Positions 1 to 12,304 of a stretch of 36,391 bases of DNA are shown piece by piece. The notes under the pieces are model-generated. The model was not told the origin of the DNA. It ran no database searches and saw only the letters and a list, made by a program, of their open reading frames with translations. A program made the position numbers and the translations under genes. The DNA lies in the NCBI GenBank assembly GCA_003990765.1, contig RBNJ01000221.1:1-36391 (forward strand), written 5' to 3'. The number at the start of each line of letters is the position of its first letter. Position 1 is the stretch's first letter. This stretch comes from Jimgerdemannia flammicorona (lineage: Eukaryota).

Positions 1-3000
1 AAAAAAAAAATATGCCACTCATTGTAAATATCACTAAATAGATGTTATTCCCCACCTAGTGATGTAAGCCTTGTCTATGTATAGATCCACATTATCATAG
101 CAAAAGTATTTGCCAATAATGTCCACCCTGTGTGACAAATGGTAAGTCAGTGCCAAAGTCACTTACAATGATTAACAGATATTTGTATCTTTAATAATTG
201 ATCACGATGACACGTAACTATATCACATGTCAGTATTTATTACATTGGAGGTTCCAGTATGTCAGCGAATTGCTTTTGAGTGAGAGTTGTTGGTTGCTTG
301 ATTGTTGTGAAGTGCGATGGAGAGAGGGAGGTTCTAGGATGAGAGATATTTTATAGTGGATTGGGCAAGGAGGTGAAACTTGATGTTGTGTGGGAGAATC
401 CTGGATCAAAAGGGGGGATGCAGTGTGCATAAGGGAGTGTGCCTCCCTTTTCCCCTTCCAAAAACGAAACCTCGCCGGGATTCCTTCTCCACGAAGATTT
501 ACTCCCTCTGCCGAGGTCTCTCCGCTGAGAACACACCCCATGACCGCACTACAGATAAAAACCACGCGACACTTGTCGCACTGTGTGGAAGATGAGGTAC
601 GAAGACGTCGCATTTGCATCCCCTAGAGAGAGGAGAGCGAAATTGATTTGCTCATAATCACCGAGATATCGTAATTAGAAAATAGTTTATTAGTGTTATC
701 TCCATCACGATCATGGCCTTGCAAATACCCCGACTTTCCGCCCCTTCTACATGGGCGGATATGCGCGAATGGTTCCATTGAGTAGATCAGCTGATGCAAC
801 AGGCATGCAGGATATACGACACTATCAAGAGACTCACACCAAATCAAGTTGCAGCAATGTGTGGGGTAACTACAGAAGAAATAGTTCACATTCCTCTTGC
901 AGAGATATCCGTAAAGTGTCACAATTTCCGAAGACATGGCTAGAACACATGGGAAGATTGGCATTCGCCATCGAGCGAAACGGTGCTTGATCTCGTCGTG
1001 TGGAGCTTCGAAATCGCAAGAACAAACACTAGAAGACTACGGGCGATGACACATTATTAGCTTTCAATGCAAAACCGTCGGTGTGTCGGGACCCAAAACC
1101 GTCCAATCAAGAACCTTACGAACAAGACCTGATAAAGTTCTCGTCAAGCGAAGGTTTTATGCTGCATCTTCTGGATGTTATCGCAGTTGATCAAAAGCGT
1201 TCAGAATTTAGTATCGCGCGAAGACTTGAATTTTAGGCCTAACATTTTTTTTTATTTAGCTTTCCGAATGATCAAGAATAACTATGAATATCAGAGATAC
1301 AAATATACAGCCAAGGAAATTCTAACTATTGCGAATCAGAGACGAAATCCATTTTTCTCAGCAACAAGGGCTAAGTCATTCACCTCCCGGTGGCATGCAA
1401 AACGCGTACCGAAACCAGAGCGCAAGCGCGCCCGGTTAACGCACAGCGCCTGCAAAAGCCTCGGGGATGTCATATTTGGCTAAGTATCTCATCACATTCG
1501 CGTCTCGCTTAAGCGTAAGCACTGAGCTGCGCCCTGTGTCAGATGAAATCAAATCATCAGGGGCAGTCACGGTACCTTGATAGATGTGATTGGTGAAGAA
1601 TTAGGTTGCCTAGAACATTCTGTGGTGTCTTTACTGACTTAGTCTTTCACAAGAGCACTTCGCGCCTTTCAGTCATCATTTATATCATATCACATTAAAA
1701 CTAACAATAATATATATAAACACGGTAATTTACTTAGTATTTGTTGTGTTATTTACAAAGTTGTGTTTTGTGAGCGTCGGCCTCAACGCGGCGAACTTCT
1801 TTAGTTTGAAGAATTGAAGGAAGAAGCTGACGGTCACAAGCTAGTCCTAGTGCACAGCCTGATAAACGTTCCGTCCTTGGCGGGTATACTATCAGAACGA
1901 AGAAAACCTTGGCACTTCTGCGGAGCGACCAAATGCCGCGTTCTCTGTTCACGTGATATCCCGCATCCCAGTCCTTGTTTCAGTTAGTACTCGTTTCGGG
2001 TACCCAATTTCGAAAAGACAATAAGTACGACGAAACCCATCCGGGTGAACACCTCCAGGTGGTACAAGCGACGACAATACCCTCTTTGTGTTCAAGAATG
2101 TATTAAAGATCAATATGCCAAAGCAAAGTTGAAAAAGGACGCTAAAATATTGTTACTACAATACCAGCGCTTTAGCAAAATTGAAATAGGATGTGTCGGC
2201 CACCGGACTTCCGGAAAGAAAAATGCATGAACATGTGCCCAGCTTCAAATTTTGTGTGGATTACATGAACTAGACGCACTATTTTTTTTTTTTATTTTTT
2301 TTTTGGCTTGTTTCCCATAAGAATGACGGAACCAGTGGGTTCTCCCGTCGCCGAGTGGTGCGACGGTTTCAACGTAAAAGAAAAGTAACGCTCTCGGTAC
2401 TCTCCAAACATAATCATTTCTTGTTGGCAATAATACAATTTATCGCCCATTCATAAGAACGCAGTTTCCAAGCGCATACAAAGTCTGTGCTTGTTTATTG
2501 ATTGCCAAATCTAATAAGCTATTATTAGCATTGCACTATCCTATCAACGAGCATCGCTATATTCCCATCCAAATAATTGGGGCGCGGTGTTCGTATTCTC
2601 CTCTCCAGTAAAGATCTCAATGAACACTGCTTGTTTCCGATAGGTTACGTATGCTCGAACCTTTGCTTGTGTGACTATATTACCGCACGATTGGATGTTG
2701 GACAAATGGAATGAAACGGGAATAAACGTGGTGAATCGTTGAAAATGTTGTCAGGTCACGTCACCAAATAAACGAGTTTTGAAAATGGGAATTGGCTCTC
2801 AATTCACCTGCTCTTTACATGTGCATACGTCAATCGATCGTAAGATATGTTCTGTTAATTCACAGCTTGCTTAACCCACCAGCTTGAGCATTCTTCCATA
2901 TGCGTTTGCCGCATGCAAACCCAACTGTATGGTCAATAGTCCAAACGTATCTAATTTTTTGTGCTCCCGGTCGTTCGGGTACCATGAATCGAATCATTCA

Positions 3001-3069
3001 CGTCCCCTTGAATGACTCAAAGACAATTTCAGCCAATTTGGTTCTGTACATCGGACGGACGCGGAGTTT

Positions 3070-3101
<32 letters not shown>

Positions 3102-3343
3102 CTCGTGGTGTAGATACTCCACCAAACAGGGTATATTGATTCGACGACGTTCCATAATTTCAGAATTTATTTTACTAAATTTTTTCAACCACGAAAACGC
3201 ATGTATAGGAGGAAATAAATCTTGGAAAATTTGTATGTATGCAAAGGGAAAAGCAAAGCAATGTATTAAAATTGGCAGCGACACATTAAATCTACATTAT
3301 TCATGCCGAGTATGTACAAAAGCGCGCGAAGTCCGTTTATCTA

Positions 3344-4618
3344 TCACTTGATTCCGCTGTGAATGTCCGAAGAATTGGCATATCCCCTTAGAAACAAACC
3401 TCTCCACCCCTTCTTCTTTTCTTTCCGCGCCTTTATCTCCTCCGTTATCACCCTCGCCCTTTCCACCGCATCCTCATTCCCCTTTTTCCCAGCTCTCTCA
3501 TACCAATCCAACGCCTTCATCAAATCCATCTCAACCCGATATCCCACATGATACCTCCTCCCAAGCTCGTACATAGCGTCCGAAAGCCCTCCCTCCGCTG
3601 CCTTGCGCAGCCATCCATCCGAAACCACGACGTCTTTCTTCACCATACTCCCCTGCGCGTAAAACTTGCCCAACTGCCACTGCGCGCTCGTGTCGCCCAG
3701 CTCAGCCGAACGTGAAATCCAGTCGAAAGCTAGACCCTGGTTTTTGGGGAAACCGCTGTTGCCATTCATGTAGTTCTGCCCCACGCAGTACATCCCGTCC
3801 ATCGATCCCTCGTGTGCCGATTGCAGGAGCCAGTATCGCGCAACAAGTTCACGATCTCCTGCTGGGTCCTCCCCCACAACGTAACCTGGGACGAGACCGG
3901 CTTCCGCGTGACCGCATACCGCCGCCTCGGTGAGCCATCGTAAAGAGTGTTCGTCAATGACGGTTGTCTCGTTGCCATACAAGTAGAAGAAAGACAGAGT
4001 GAACTGCCCATACGCGTCCCCGCCCACTGCCGCGCTGACGAACCGCTCGAACGCTAGACTCTCGTCTTGCGCAACGCCAACCCCGCTTCCGTACGCGTCT
4101 CCCAGGAGCGACTGCGCATAGGCGTATCCCGGAGTAGATGGGGATTGTACTGCCGAGAGCAGAAGCTGCACAACGTGCGGGTGGATCGAGGCATCGGCAG
4201 ATTGTTTGTGGAACCGCGCGCTTAGTTCTGCTTGTGCGTGCATGTGGCCTCGGAGCGAGGATTTTGCGAGAAGGACGAGCGGATGCGCGTCTTCGGAGGA
4301 ATCGGTTTGCGAGAGGACGCCGAGAAATAAGAGGCGCGCGAGGATGTATTGCGCGTTTGGGTCGTTTGCCCGAGCGGATTCTTGCGTGTGCTTGAAGGCA
4401 GGGGCGGTGATGAGCGTCCGGACCCAGCGGTGGTCATCGTTGTCGGTATGTTTTGCGATGGCGTTGCATAGATTTGAAGTCCACTTGTCGCTTAATAATT
4501 GGTCGGCGGCGGAGTGGCTACCTGACATTGCTGAGTTCTGATATCGTTGGAAGGCCGCGTCGACATCTTTGGTGGTCTTTGACGCCAACTTAGCATGATT
4601 TAATTTGGTCACTGTCAT
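3344..4618 (-). CDS. Sel1-like repeat (SLR) protein, intronless, ~424 aa
   Basis: The long ORF carries repeated Sel1 motifs: AQSLLGDAYGSGVGVAQDESLAFERFVSAA, GMYCVGQNYMNGNSGFPKNQGLAFDWISRSAELG, AQWQLGKFYAQGSMVKKDVVVSDGWLRKAAEGG, AMYELGRRYHVGYRVEMDLMKALDWYERAG. The first ATG (MTVTKL) is at 4618; the ORF track's start at 4759 is not ATG. Confidence 0.92.
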   Translation of the reverse strand: MTVTKLNHAKLASKTTKDVDAAFQRYQNSAMSGSHSAADQLLSDKWTSNLCNAIAKHTDNDDHRWVRTLITAPAFKHTQESARANDPNAQYILARLLFLGVLSQTDSSEDAHPLVLLAKSSLRGHMHAQAELSARFHKQSADASIHPHVVQLLLSAVQSPSTPGYAYAQSLLGDAYGSGVGVAQDESLAFERFVSAAVGGDAYGQFTLSFFYLYGNETTVIDEHSLRWLTEAAVCGHAEAGLVPGYVVGEDPAGDRELVARYWLLQSAHEGSMDGMYCVGQNYMNGNSGFPKNQGLAFDWISRSAELGDTSAQWQLGKFYAQGSMVKKDVVVSDGWLRKAAEGGLSDAMYELGRRYHVGYRVEMDLMKALDWYERAGKKGNEDAVERARVITEEIKARKEKKKGWRGLFLRGYANSSDIHSGIK

Positions 4619-6340
4619 TGGGTTGGAATTCGATTTGTGAGGGAGAGTGAACGCTAAGGAGTATAAGTGCGACCAAGCAGTGGTTAAATACCCAGGGCTT
4701 TCTCCAATCCTGTCCTGCGGCCGAGCCCACGAGCACAGCTGAACGGACACAAAAATCAAGTGATCGCTTGGCGGGGGGCTGCACGCGCCACAGTTAATAA
4801 TGTATTGTCTATTCTAATTTTATGCCTTTGCAGGGAAGAAACTCCGTGTTCGTCGCGGGGCCGTGGTCTCATGGTGATCTAAAAATAAAGGACAGCTTGG
4901 CAGCCAAAATGGAGGATGTGTGACAAGAAATATAACATTTGTGGGCCGGGGGTTGTGCAAATGCATAGGGCTGGTTGGGGAAATGGCGAAGCAAATCGAT
5001 CAGAGCGCGTGATCTTTGGCAATTCGGCCTTATTTGGGCAAACGGTTTGGAGTCAATGCCGATGAACGGAAAGCTCGGCGAGAATATCAATGTTGTGAAC
5101 GATCGCGGCCTCACTAGTTGCCGAGGCGGTGAAAGTCTACATATATGTAGGATTGCTATTACAAACTCCAAAGCAGCGTTATGAATTGATTAGTGATTGC
5201 AAATTTGATTGGCTAGGAAATTTTGCGTGATGTGTTGGGTCCCGACCGAGCCTTGCAAAAATTGTCACAAATTCCAGAAAATAAACCGGGTTATCCACAG
5301 TCCCAAGTAAACACATCGCTAACGGCTCCGGTGTCTCACGTGTTGGAGAGGCAGAGGTAATGCAACAATCGTTCTTTGGCATCTGTCTAAAAGAAAAGAC
5401 GTTGCTGTACTTGAGTTGCTATTTGATATTTGGTGTGCTATGTGGCCGTTTTCATTTATCACATAATTTGTGACCAGGTACCATCACGCCATATTTGATT
5501 TAGCAGTCTCGGAATACCGACTGGGATCAGATTTAAGGAAATCGTAAACTTGACGTTGGGTTCGAATATGTCGTGAAGTATATATATTAAATCTTACAAT
5601 AGATGAGGTATATACGTGGGTATGGCAATATAAGACTTGTATATATAGTATAAAAATATCATGGATACTCTAATTAGTATCTTCAAATCATATGTAATAA
5701 GTATTAAACATCTATTATGAACCGTCTTTTATTCAGACAAGTTACTTAGAATAATTATTGTACTTTTCTGACTAAAAATAGATATTTAAATAAAGAGTTT
5801 TTAATTAAGGACTTTAAAATATGTAATTGGTTTAATTTTTTTTAAATTGTATATATATATCACATTTTCTATAATTTTATTTTGATAACAATAAAAATAT
5901 ATAATTATTAAATAACTTAGAATTCTTGATTTGTATTAAAACGATTTCCGGCATTCACGCTGATCACGTACTACTCATGACAACTACGCGACATCCTCTC
6001 CAAACATATATACACATCCGCAGCATATAAACCAGCAACACGCCGATCATCAGTCACGTTACATAAGCCCATGGTGATTGCTTTAGTAGCAAATAAAGTC
6101 AGTCGACCAAGAGTTGGGTCCGAGGCTCAAGAATCCGGGATCCAGGCTATTCCAAGAGACTATGGCAAACCGGAATGCAGAACGAACATAATTAGAACGT
6201 GCTTCAACGCAGAATTTACGCACAGCCAGGCTTCCCAATCGAAAGTAAAAATAGCATTTAGTTTTTTATATATTTTTGAAGCAGCTAATAATAATAATTA
6301 CATACAAATAAATTTAGTTAGATATTAATAATACATTCAA

Positions 6341-7913
6341 GGGAATTTTGGCAAAATGGCAATGATCTCAAATTATTTCTTGTCTTATGAGCAGTGGGGT
6401 GCAGAGGTAAGAAGGCACAGATGACAGAATAGAAAGAAGGTGGAGCACAGATATGGAGGACTCTTTTATTCAGCATTTCAAAGTACAAAACAAAACAATC
6501 AAACAAAACAAATGAAAAATTATTGTCTATAACTCAATAGGGCAGTTGCAAATATAAGTATTATGGTCAGACTGCTTGCAATATCTGCAGGTATAGCTCA
6601 TTATTATCTATACTAGTTTGGATTCATTTCATACAAGGGCAGCCATAAGCAATTTGGACAAAGAGAGAGTGGAGTATATCTTCTGAGAGCTTGCTAGCCA
6701 AAACTGGATCAATAACTTCAGTATACATATGTTCTATATAGGGCCTGATGATAGTACAATATACTGATGAAATCAGTAGACTCTAGATGATACTTGTGGA
6801 TAATAGCTAACATGTAGTAGCAAGAAATGCTTTACTCTTAAAAGTATCTATATAAGTAAGTCTTTGCTACCAAATCTACCCTTCTCTCCTTTTCTTCAAT
6901 ACTATACTTTACTATATATAAATAAGATCTCTTCATATTAGATAATATGAAGAGAGGCAGTATGCTTTACTAGCTGGCTAAAGCTGTCAGCAATATGCAT
7001 TCTAATATACTCAGAGACTGTGATATTAATATTGAGAGTATATATATCAGTAATATAAGATTATTATAATCTAGTATTTATAAAATCAAATGACAATAGC
7101 AAGAGCATACATATGGCACAACTCTAAGATTTTATTATTTATAGACTTAGTGAGATTAGTAGTAATATGTTTAAATTGAGAGACTGAAAATATGGCTTAT
7201 ATTTAGAACTTTATTTTGATGATAGAGATAGCAGACTATAGTTTGTCAGAGTAAGTATTCTTGAGATAATCTATTTGTTAAGTAAGTATATTAATATCAA
7301 ATATTTTTATAGTAGCCTATAGAATTTTTTTGAGTTTTGAAGGAAGATAGCAGACAGATATATATTAATAAATTACTATACTTCTAACCTCAGTATGATG
7401 TAAATACAAATCTTTGAACCTATAAAAAGATCTTTTTTTTTTTTTTCCAATTAGCCTTAAGATGATATAAGCAGTAGATATGTATATAATATATTAGAAA
7501 ACATAACTTCTGATACAGTAAGCAAACCTTTTTCATAATTAGAAAAGAATAGAATGGTTACATTTACTGGAGAAAGAATGGCAGTCTAAAGCTCTGACAA
7601 AAATCAAGTCTAATTTTCAGTATCTTCACTGCTGATGAAAGCATATATAAGTGAAATGATATTATTATTACTATTAAGCTTATTGGCAATGAGAAGGGTG
7701 CTATTTGATAAGATAATTTTGATAAAAGTACTATTAGCTATAAGGAGAGATATAAGGTGAGAAATTTGACAGAGTACAGTTTTAATTGGCAGTATGGCAG
7801 TATTAAGCATCTTATTTTGCAATATAGCAGTAAGCTGGAAATAATGTGCAAAATGGCAGTATTGACTGCCGTTCTGCAAATTATTTTGTTACAACTGCCA
7901 TTTCGCAAATTAT
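6341..7913 (-). mobile_element. Degenerate Mutator-like (MULE) DNA transposon remnant
   Basis: Manual minus-strand translation gives MULE motifs in the correct order, blurred by transitions. These are LLIANSTFIK (~DGTF.K), NSNNNIISLIYAFISSEDTEN*T*FL (~DGNNN..PLAYA...E..W.WFL), FSNYEKGLL (~SDREKGL), YCLYHLKANW, HITTNLTKSINN (~T.N..ES.N), SWIM KTYLYRYF*E*SISCYYMLA (~CSCG..Q..GIPC.H.LA), GCPCMK*I (~GRP..KRI) and the zinc knuckle CRYCKQSDHNTYIC. Related AAATGGCA motifs lie in inverted orientation near both ends. Confidence 0.88.
7841..7913. repeat. Hairpin and repeated motif at the MULE terminus
   Basis: ataatgtgcaaaatggcagt (7841-7860), an attg loop and actgccgttctgcaaattat (7865-7884) form a 17/20 inverted repeat. 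A third copy lies at 7894-7913 and a related copy at ~6344-6362. Confidence 0.75.
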
Positions 7914-8071
7914 GTTTTTCAATAAAGGCACGTGTCGACCCGGCTCTCCCCTGAAAACCTGATAGCGTATCTTTTACCTCATTCCCCGTCTACCCAACAA
8001 AATGTGCAGAAAAACCAAGCATACGTCAGCAGTGCATACCCCTCCGTCTCCTACACCAAACTGTCCCACAA

Positions 8072-9003
8072 GATGAATGACCCATTCCTATACGAAAGAT
8101 TCGCCACCACCTCATTGACCTCTCCACTCTTCCAACTGTTCGACCCAGGCCCGTCGTAAGAAACCAGTTCGACTTGCCACCGGAGCTGTTGCATAATATC
8201 TTCCGCCCGAGAAGACAGATGGCACTGATACCGATGATTCTTCGGATGCGATTGGTCAACCGTGCATGGCATGTAATTGCACGGATATGGGAGGTGTACT
8301 ATTTCACTCTCAACCTCATTCATATCTAAACGCAGGAACGAAATCGCGACCACTCTATCGTCACCTCCTATATATCCAGCCTCGCTGACTACCCCAACGC
8401 CTTTCGCACATACCTCCGTGGCATCCGCCTTCACGACATGAGGCTTGTTTTGCGCACACCTATCCGATGCCCTGTGCTCGAGGATAGCGTCATTCACCTC
8501 CTCGCAGAATCGCCGCACCTTGATGAGAGCACGTTCGCATCAGGTTCGTTTCAGCCGCTTACGTTGTTGGTTGTCGTCGGGAAGCCTCGGCATCAAATAC
8601 CCTCGAGCCCATGATACGCGTAGCTCGATCGCCACCTTCGCCAGCTCGACCAGCTCGCTGCGGGAACCTTCTCCCGCATCACTAAACCGACCGACCTCGC
8701 CGAGCATCGCCACTCGCATGACACTGCCCTCATGGACATATTCTACTCGCCCCCGACGCGCTTCCATTGCCTTGGTCCGCCAGGCGAGGAGCTGATGTCC
8801 ACATTCATTTGGTGCTGCAAGCAATCAGATATTATTGGAACGGAATTTTAAGGCGTGGAAATAGAATTCGACGTCATAGTGGAGTGGGAGATTTATAAGG
8901 CCGCTAGGTGGTTTGAGAAAGGGAGGCCGTGGGTGCGAGGAGGATGGACAGAAGAGGTACCGGTGTTGGTTTGTGGGTGGGACGAGGAAATGGCGGTGCG
9001 ATA
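8072..9003 (+). pseudogene. F-box protein pseudogene (probably F-box/RNI-like)
   Basis: This frame is absent from the ORF track. It reads NQFDLPPELLHNIFR...LRMRLVNRAWHVIARIWE (TTG at 8174), a typical F-box, then hits TAA at 8327. The same frame continues ...YLRGIRL...VIHLLAESPHLDE and meets more stops. There is no in-frame ATG before the F-box. The boundaries are approximate. Confidence 0.65.
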
Positions 9004-9679
9004 ATCAGGTTGGCGATAGCGCTGTCGGGGATTAGTAAATCGTGTGGCAGATGTTGAATCTACTGATGAGAGTCAGTGGTTCGCGGGCAGCTACAATCTG
9101 TTACTATTATGGTCTTTAACTGTTTTGTGGGCATTCCAGCCCTGCTGCATGACCTTTGTTAGAGGGCTTTACGGCGTTTGGTCAATTTGTGTGAAACCTT
9201 CTACATGAATGAGATGGACGATCTGAAAGTTTTATACCTGGTTTCATCGGCACAAAATCATTTATCCAACGGCGCCGAGCTGGAACGCCTATCAGCCGAC
9301 TGGATGTTGTTGACATACCGAACTACTGTTTGTCTTTCTTGATAGTTGTGCTAATGGTATTTCCTCAAAAGCGACAGCAAATATTGTATGTAAAGAGCGA
9401 AAAATACATTTAAATTTGAGAAAAAACGAAATAATAATAAAAAAAATCTATATTTGTCAGAAACTCGATGAATATTATGATGAACGGGCTAATTAATGTT
9501 ACCAACACCCTAACTTGGTGAACGTCTACATGTTTGTTCCCAAGCTACTCCGAGTTGAACCGATCCAAAACGAATGCATTGCATACGTCATGTCATTAAG
9601 GTTACAATAATATTTTGCAGGTATGCGAAAACAAGACGAAGCATTATATGAAATTATTTACTAATAAATGAACCCGCAT

Positions 9680-12304
9680 TCATCTAATATCACATTGTGA
9701 CTCAAGGAATTCCGCGAAATAATCATCCACCTTTTGATACCGATCCAAAATGGCCCAGGCTCCTGTCCAACCATCAGGCCGAATGACCACCACCGCCCCC
9801 AATTCATCGTCAACTCCATACAATGCGTGCATCCCGCCCACTTTGCCCTCATGCTTATCAGCGATCATTTTGAACGGCGCCGTCGAGAGGGAGTCCGCCA
9901 ATTCTTTTGTTCGCGAATTGTCAAATCCTGTCGTCGTCGTGACGAACAGGACGGAGAACGATTCCGTATTCTCGATGCCGCCCCCAAATCGCCGCATAAA
10001 TGAGCCATCCGACGATAAGTGTTCTACCAAAGTTTGGATTCGCCCCATGTTGGAAACCAGATCACCCACAAAGATAAGAAGGTAAAAGCATCCGGTGTGC
10101 GGCATCTCAGTGTGTATCTGCGTCGCCTGGCCTGACGGGTATGTTGCTACCCAGTGGTCCGGTGCACGCTGGCCCGGTTTCAAGCCTCTGCCAGAGGCGG
10201 GAGGGGGCATATCGTAATCGATGGCGTTGAGGAAACTGTCGTTGTATTCGATGCCCGTGCCACAACTGAACCCCGCGAACCTCATCATTGTGTAATTCAA
10301 TTCCTAAAAAAAAAAAAAACATTATGTTTGCTTTCCGTCATTATTCAACGCATCAATGACATATATTACAATATATCGTCTTGGAATATAACAAAAACCG
10401 TACCTTTGCGAACGTCGAGTTCAAACCTGGTGAGAAGCCCCTGGGCGCCTTCAACGCAGCGTAGCTGACGAGCTTCTTATCTAGGTCAATTACTTGCTCT
10501 GCAATCGACCTGCGCTCTTCATTGTATGTTCCCAAGAGCATATTCTTTGCTCCCTTTCGCTCGTACCATAGCAACTTCCACGCCAGGTTGTGGGCGTCCA
10601 TAAGGCCCAGATTTATGCCTACGCGTGAATCATGATAATATGAGATGACGAATAAAAATATTGCGTTATGGGGGAAATATCATAAGATATTTCTGAACGA
10701 ATAATACAATACCTTGCGAAATTGCTGTTGAGTGCGTATGACTTTTAAGTAGAGCAACAAAGACAGAAAAGGTTTTAATGGGCGAGTAAAATTTCGATCG
10801 ATGATGAAATCACAATACCACTATATAACTTGACTTCCACAAACACCAAACGGGATATTGCTTACCACGCGTCACCTGTAGGAAATGGAATCAAGAGATA
10901 TAGTGTGAGTTAGTAAAAGCAGGATATTTGATATAGCACCAATGTCAAAGTTAAATATGTGCAAAAATGTTTACCACAGAGGAAAATCCGATCTTTATAA
11001 GAAAACTGCTCGACAAGACGCTGACCAACTAGGTGAATAATGATAAGTTCATTAACAAACGTGAGTGTTACTGTACTTGGATTATTTTTGTTTTAACTTT
11101 AAACAGCCACTCTTGTAATCCCGCCTACCTGGAAATACAGTCCACCAATGGACATCCTCGAATTCGACTTCCCAAGGCGCCATCCTGGACTTCGTAAGTT
11201 TGAGTAAATCGTCCAGGTTGAATTTAAGGGGGTCACCAGATTCACGGTCATGTGTATCAACAATCGGAAATCCAATCCGAGAAGTTCCATGATCCAACGA
11301 CATTATCGTCACGGTGCCGAAGTCTTGGGATTGAATTCGCCTACGAACGGGTACAGTAAAGCGCGTTAGGTCACGTTTGCGAAGCACGGAACATGCATGC
11401 CCGACAAATGAGGAGATGACTAACACAATTTCGTCTGCATGCGGGATATTGGTCTTGAGTATTCCGTCGATCCTTACGTATAACGAGTCGTCGGTGTCCC
11501 CTTCGAATGCGTAACCTAACCTCTTACGCACGAAGCTGCGGGCTCCGTCGCAACCTAGAAGGTATTTGGGGTATGCAACTAGGATAGCCAAAATTGTTTT
11601 TAGCTGTGTAAGTTAGTGGTAGAGATAATTTCGTATAAATAGCTAAATCTGAGAGTTTGACAGCTTCCTTACCAGATGCTTCTTCTGTTCGCATATCTAC
11701 AAAGCACATAATAGAGGTAAATTGATAGCCAATTTATACACCAATAATCGCAATAATATCCAATTGAGTTGTCAAGTACCTTTCAACACAGCGGACACTG
11801 AACCATCCTCGTCCTGAACGTCGAAATCGACCAACTCTATTGACCTTTCCACTTGCACGCCATATTCGGCCAACTTTTCCGTGAGAAGCTGTTCGATCAT
11901 AAACTGGCGGAGGATCAGCGAGTACTTAAATTCGGTGTCCCTGAGAGCATGTAATGGGGGCCCCATCACCTTCCACTCTCCGTCCGTCACGATCCACATC
12001 TTATGGGATTTGCGGCCCTCCTGTAGGAACGTCTCGCTGAGCCCGCTCTGGTGTAGCAACTCCAAAGTCCGGCTGTGCAACATAGCCGCTCTCCCATATC
12101 TTTCCACTGGAGTTTTGTCTGTAGGCAATTTATGTCAGTTCCAAGTCACAGCCATAGAAAACAGATCGAGGGGGCTTGACGATGCCGGGACATACCGATA
12201 ATGCGTACAGAGAATCCATATCGAAGCAAGTTGAACGCTGCAAATAACCCAACGGGACCTGCTCCGACTATTAGCACGTCTACGGACGAGTATGAGCACT
12301 CCAT
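9680..12304 (-). CDS. FAD-dependent monooxygenase, phenol 2-monooxygenase-like (FAD_binding_3 plus C-terminal thioredoxin-like dimerisation domain), 10 exons
   Basis: Manually spliced at GT-AG sites. It begins MECSYSSVDVLIVGAGPVG (Rossmann GxGxxG) and contains YGRAAMLHSRTLE, the DG motif KYLLGCDGARSFVRKRLG and the GD motif RIFLCGDACHTHSTAISQGINLGLMDAHNLAWKL (assembled from 4 exons, including 10866-10875 and 10713-10741). Later motifs are YNEERR, PGQRAPD and VVIRPDGW. Stop is at 9680-9682. Confidence 0.93.

Noticed and set aside
5575..5945. Very AT-rich island, possible MITE
   Set aside because: No terminal repeats or TSD could be identified.
8051..8824. Minus-strand ORFs of 155 and 94 aa
   Set aside because: The F-box signal is on the plus strand, and these ORFs have non-ATG starts and no motif.
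9063..9100. CTGATGAG hammerhead-like core
   Set aside because: There is no stem II or GAAA at the required spacing.
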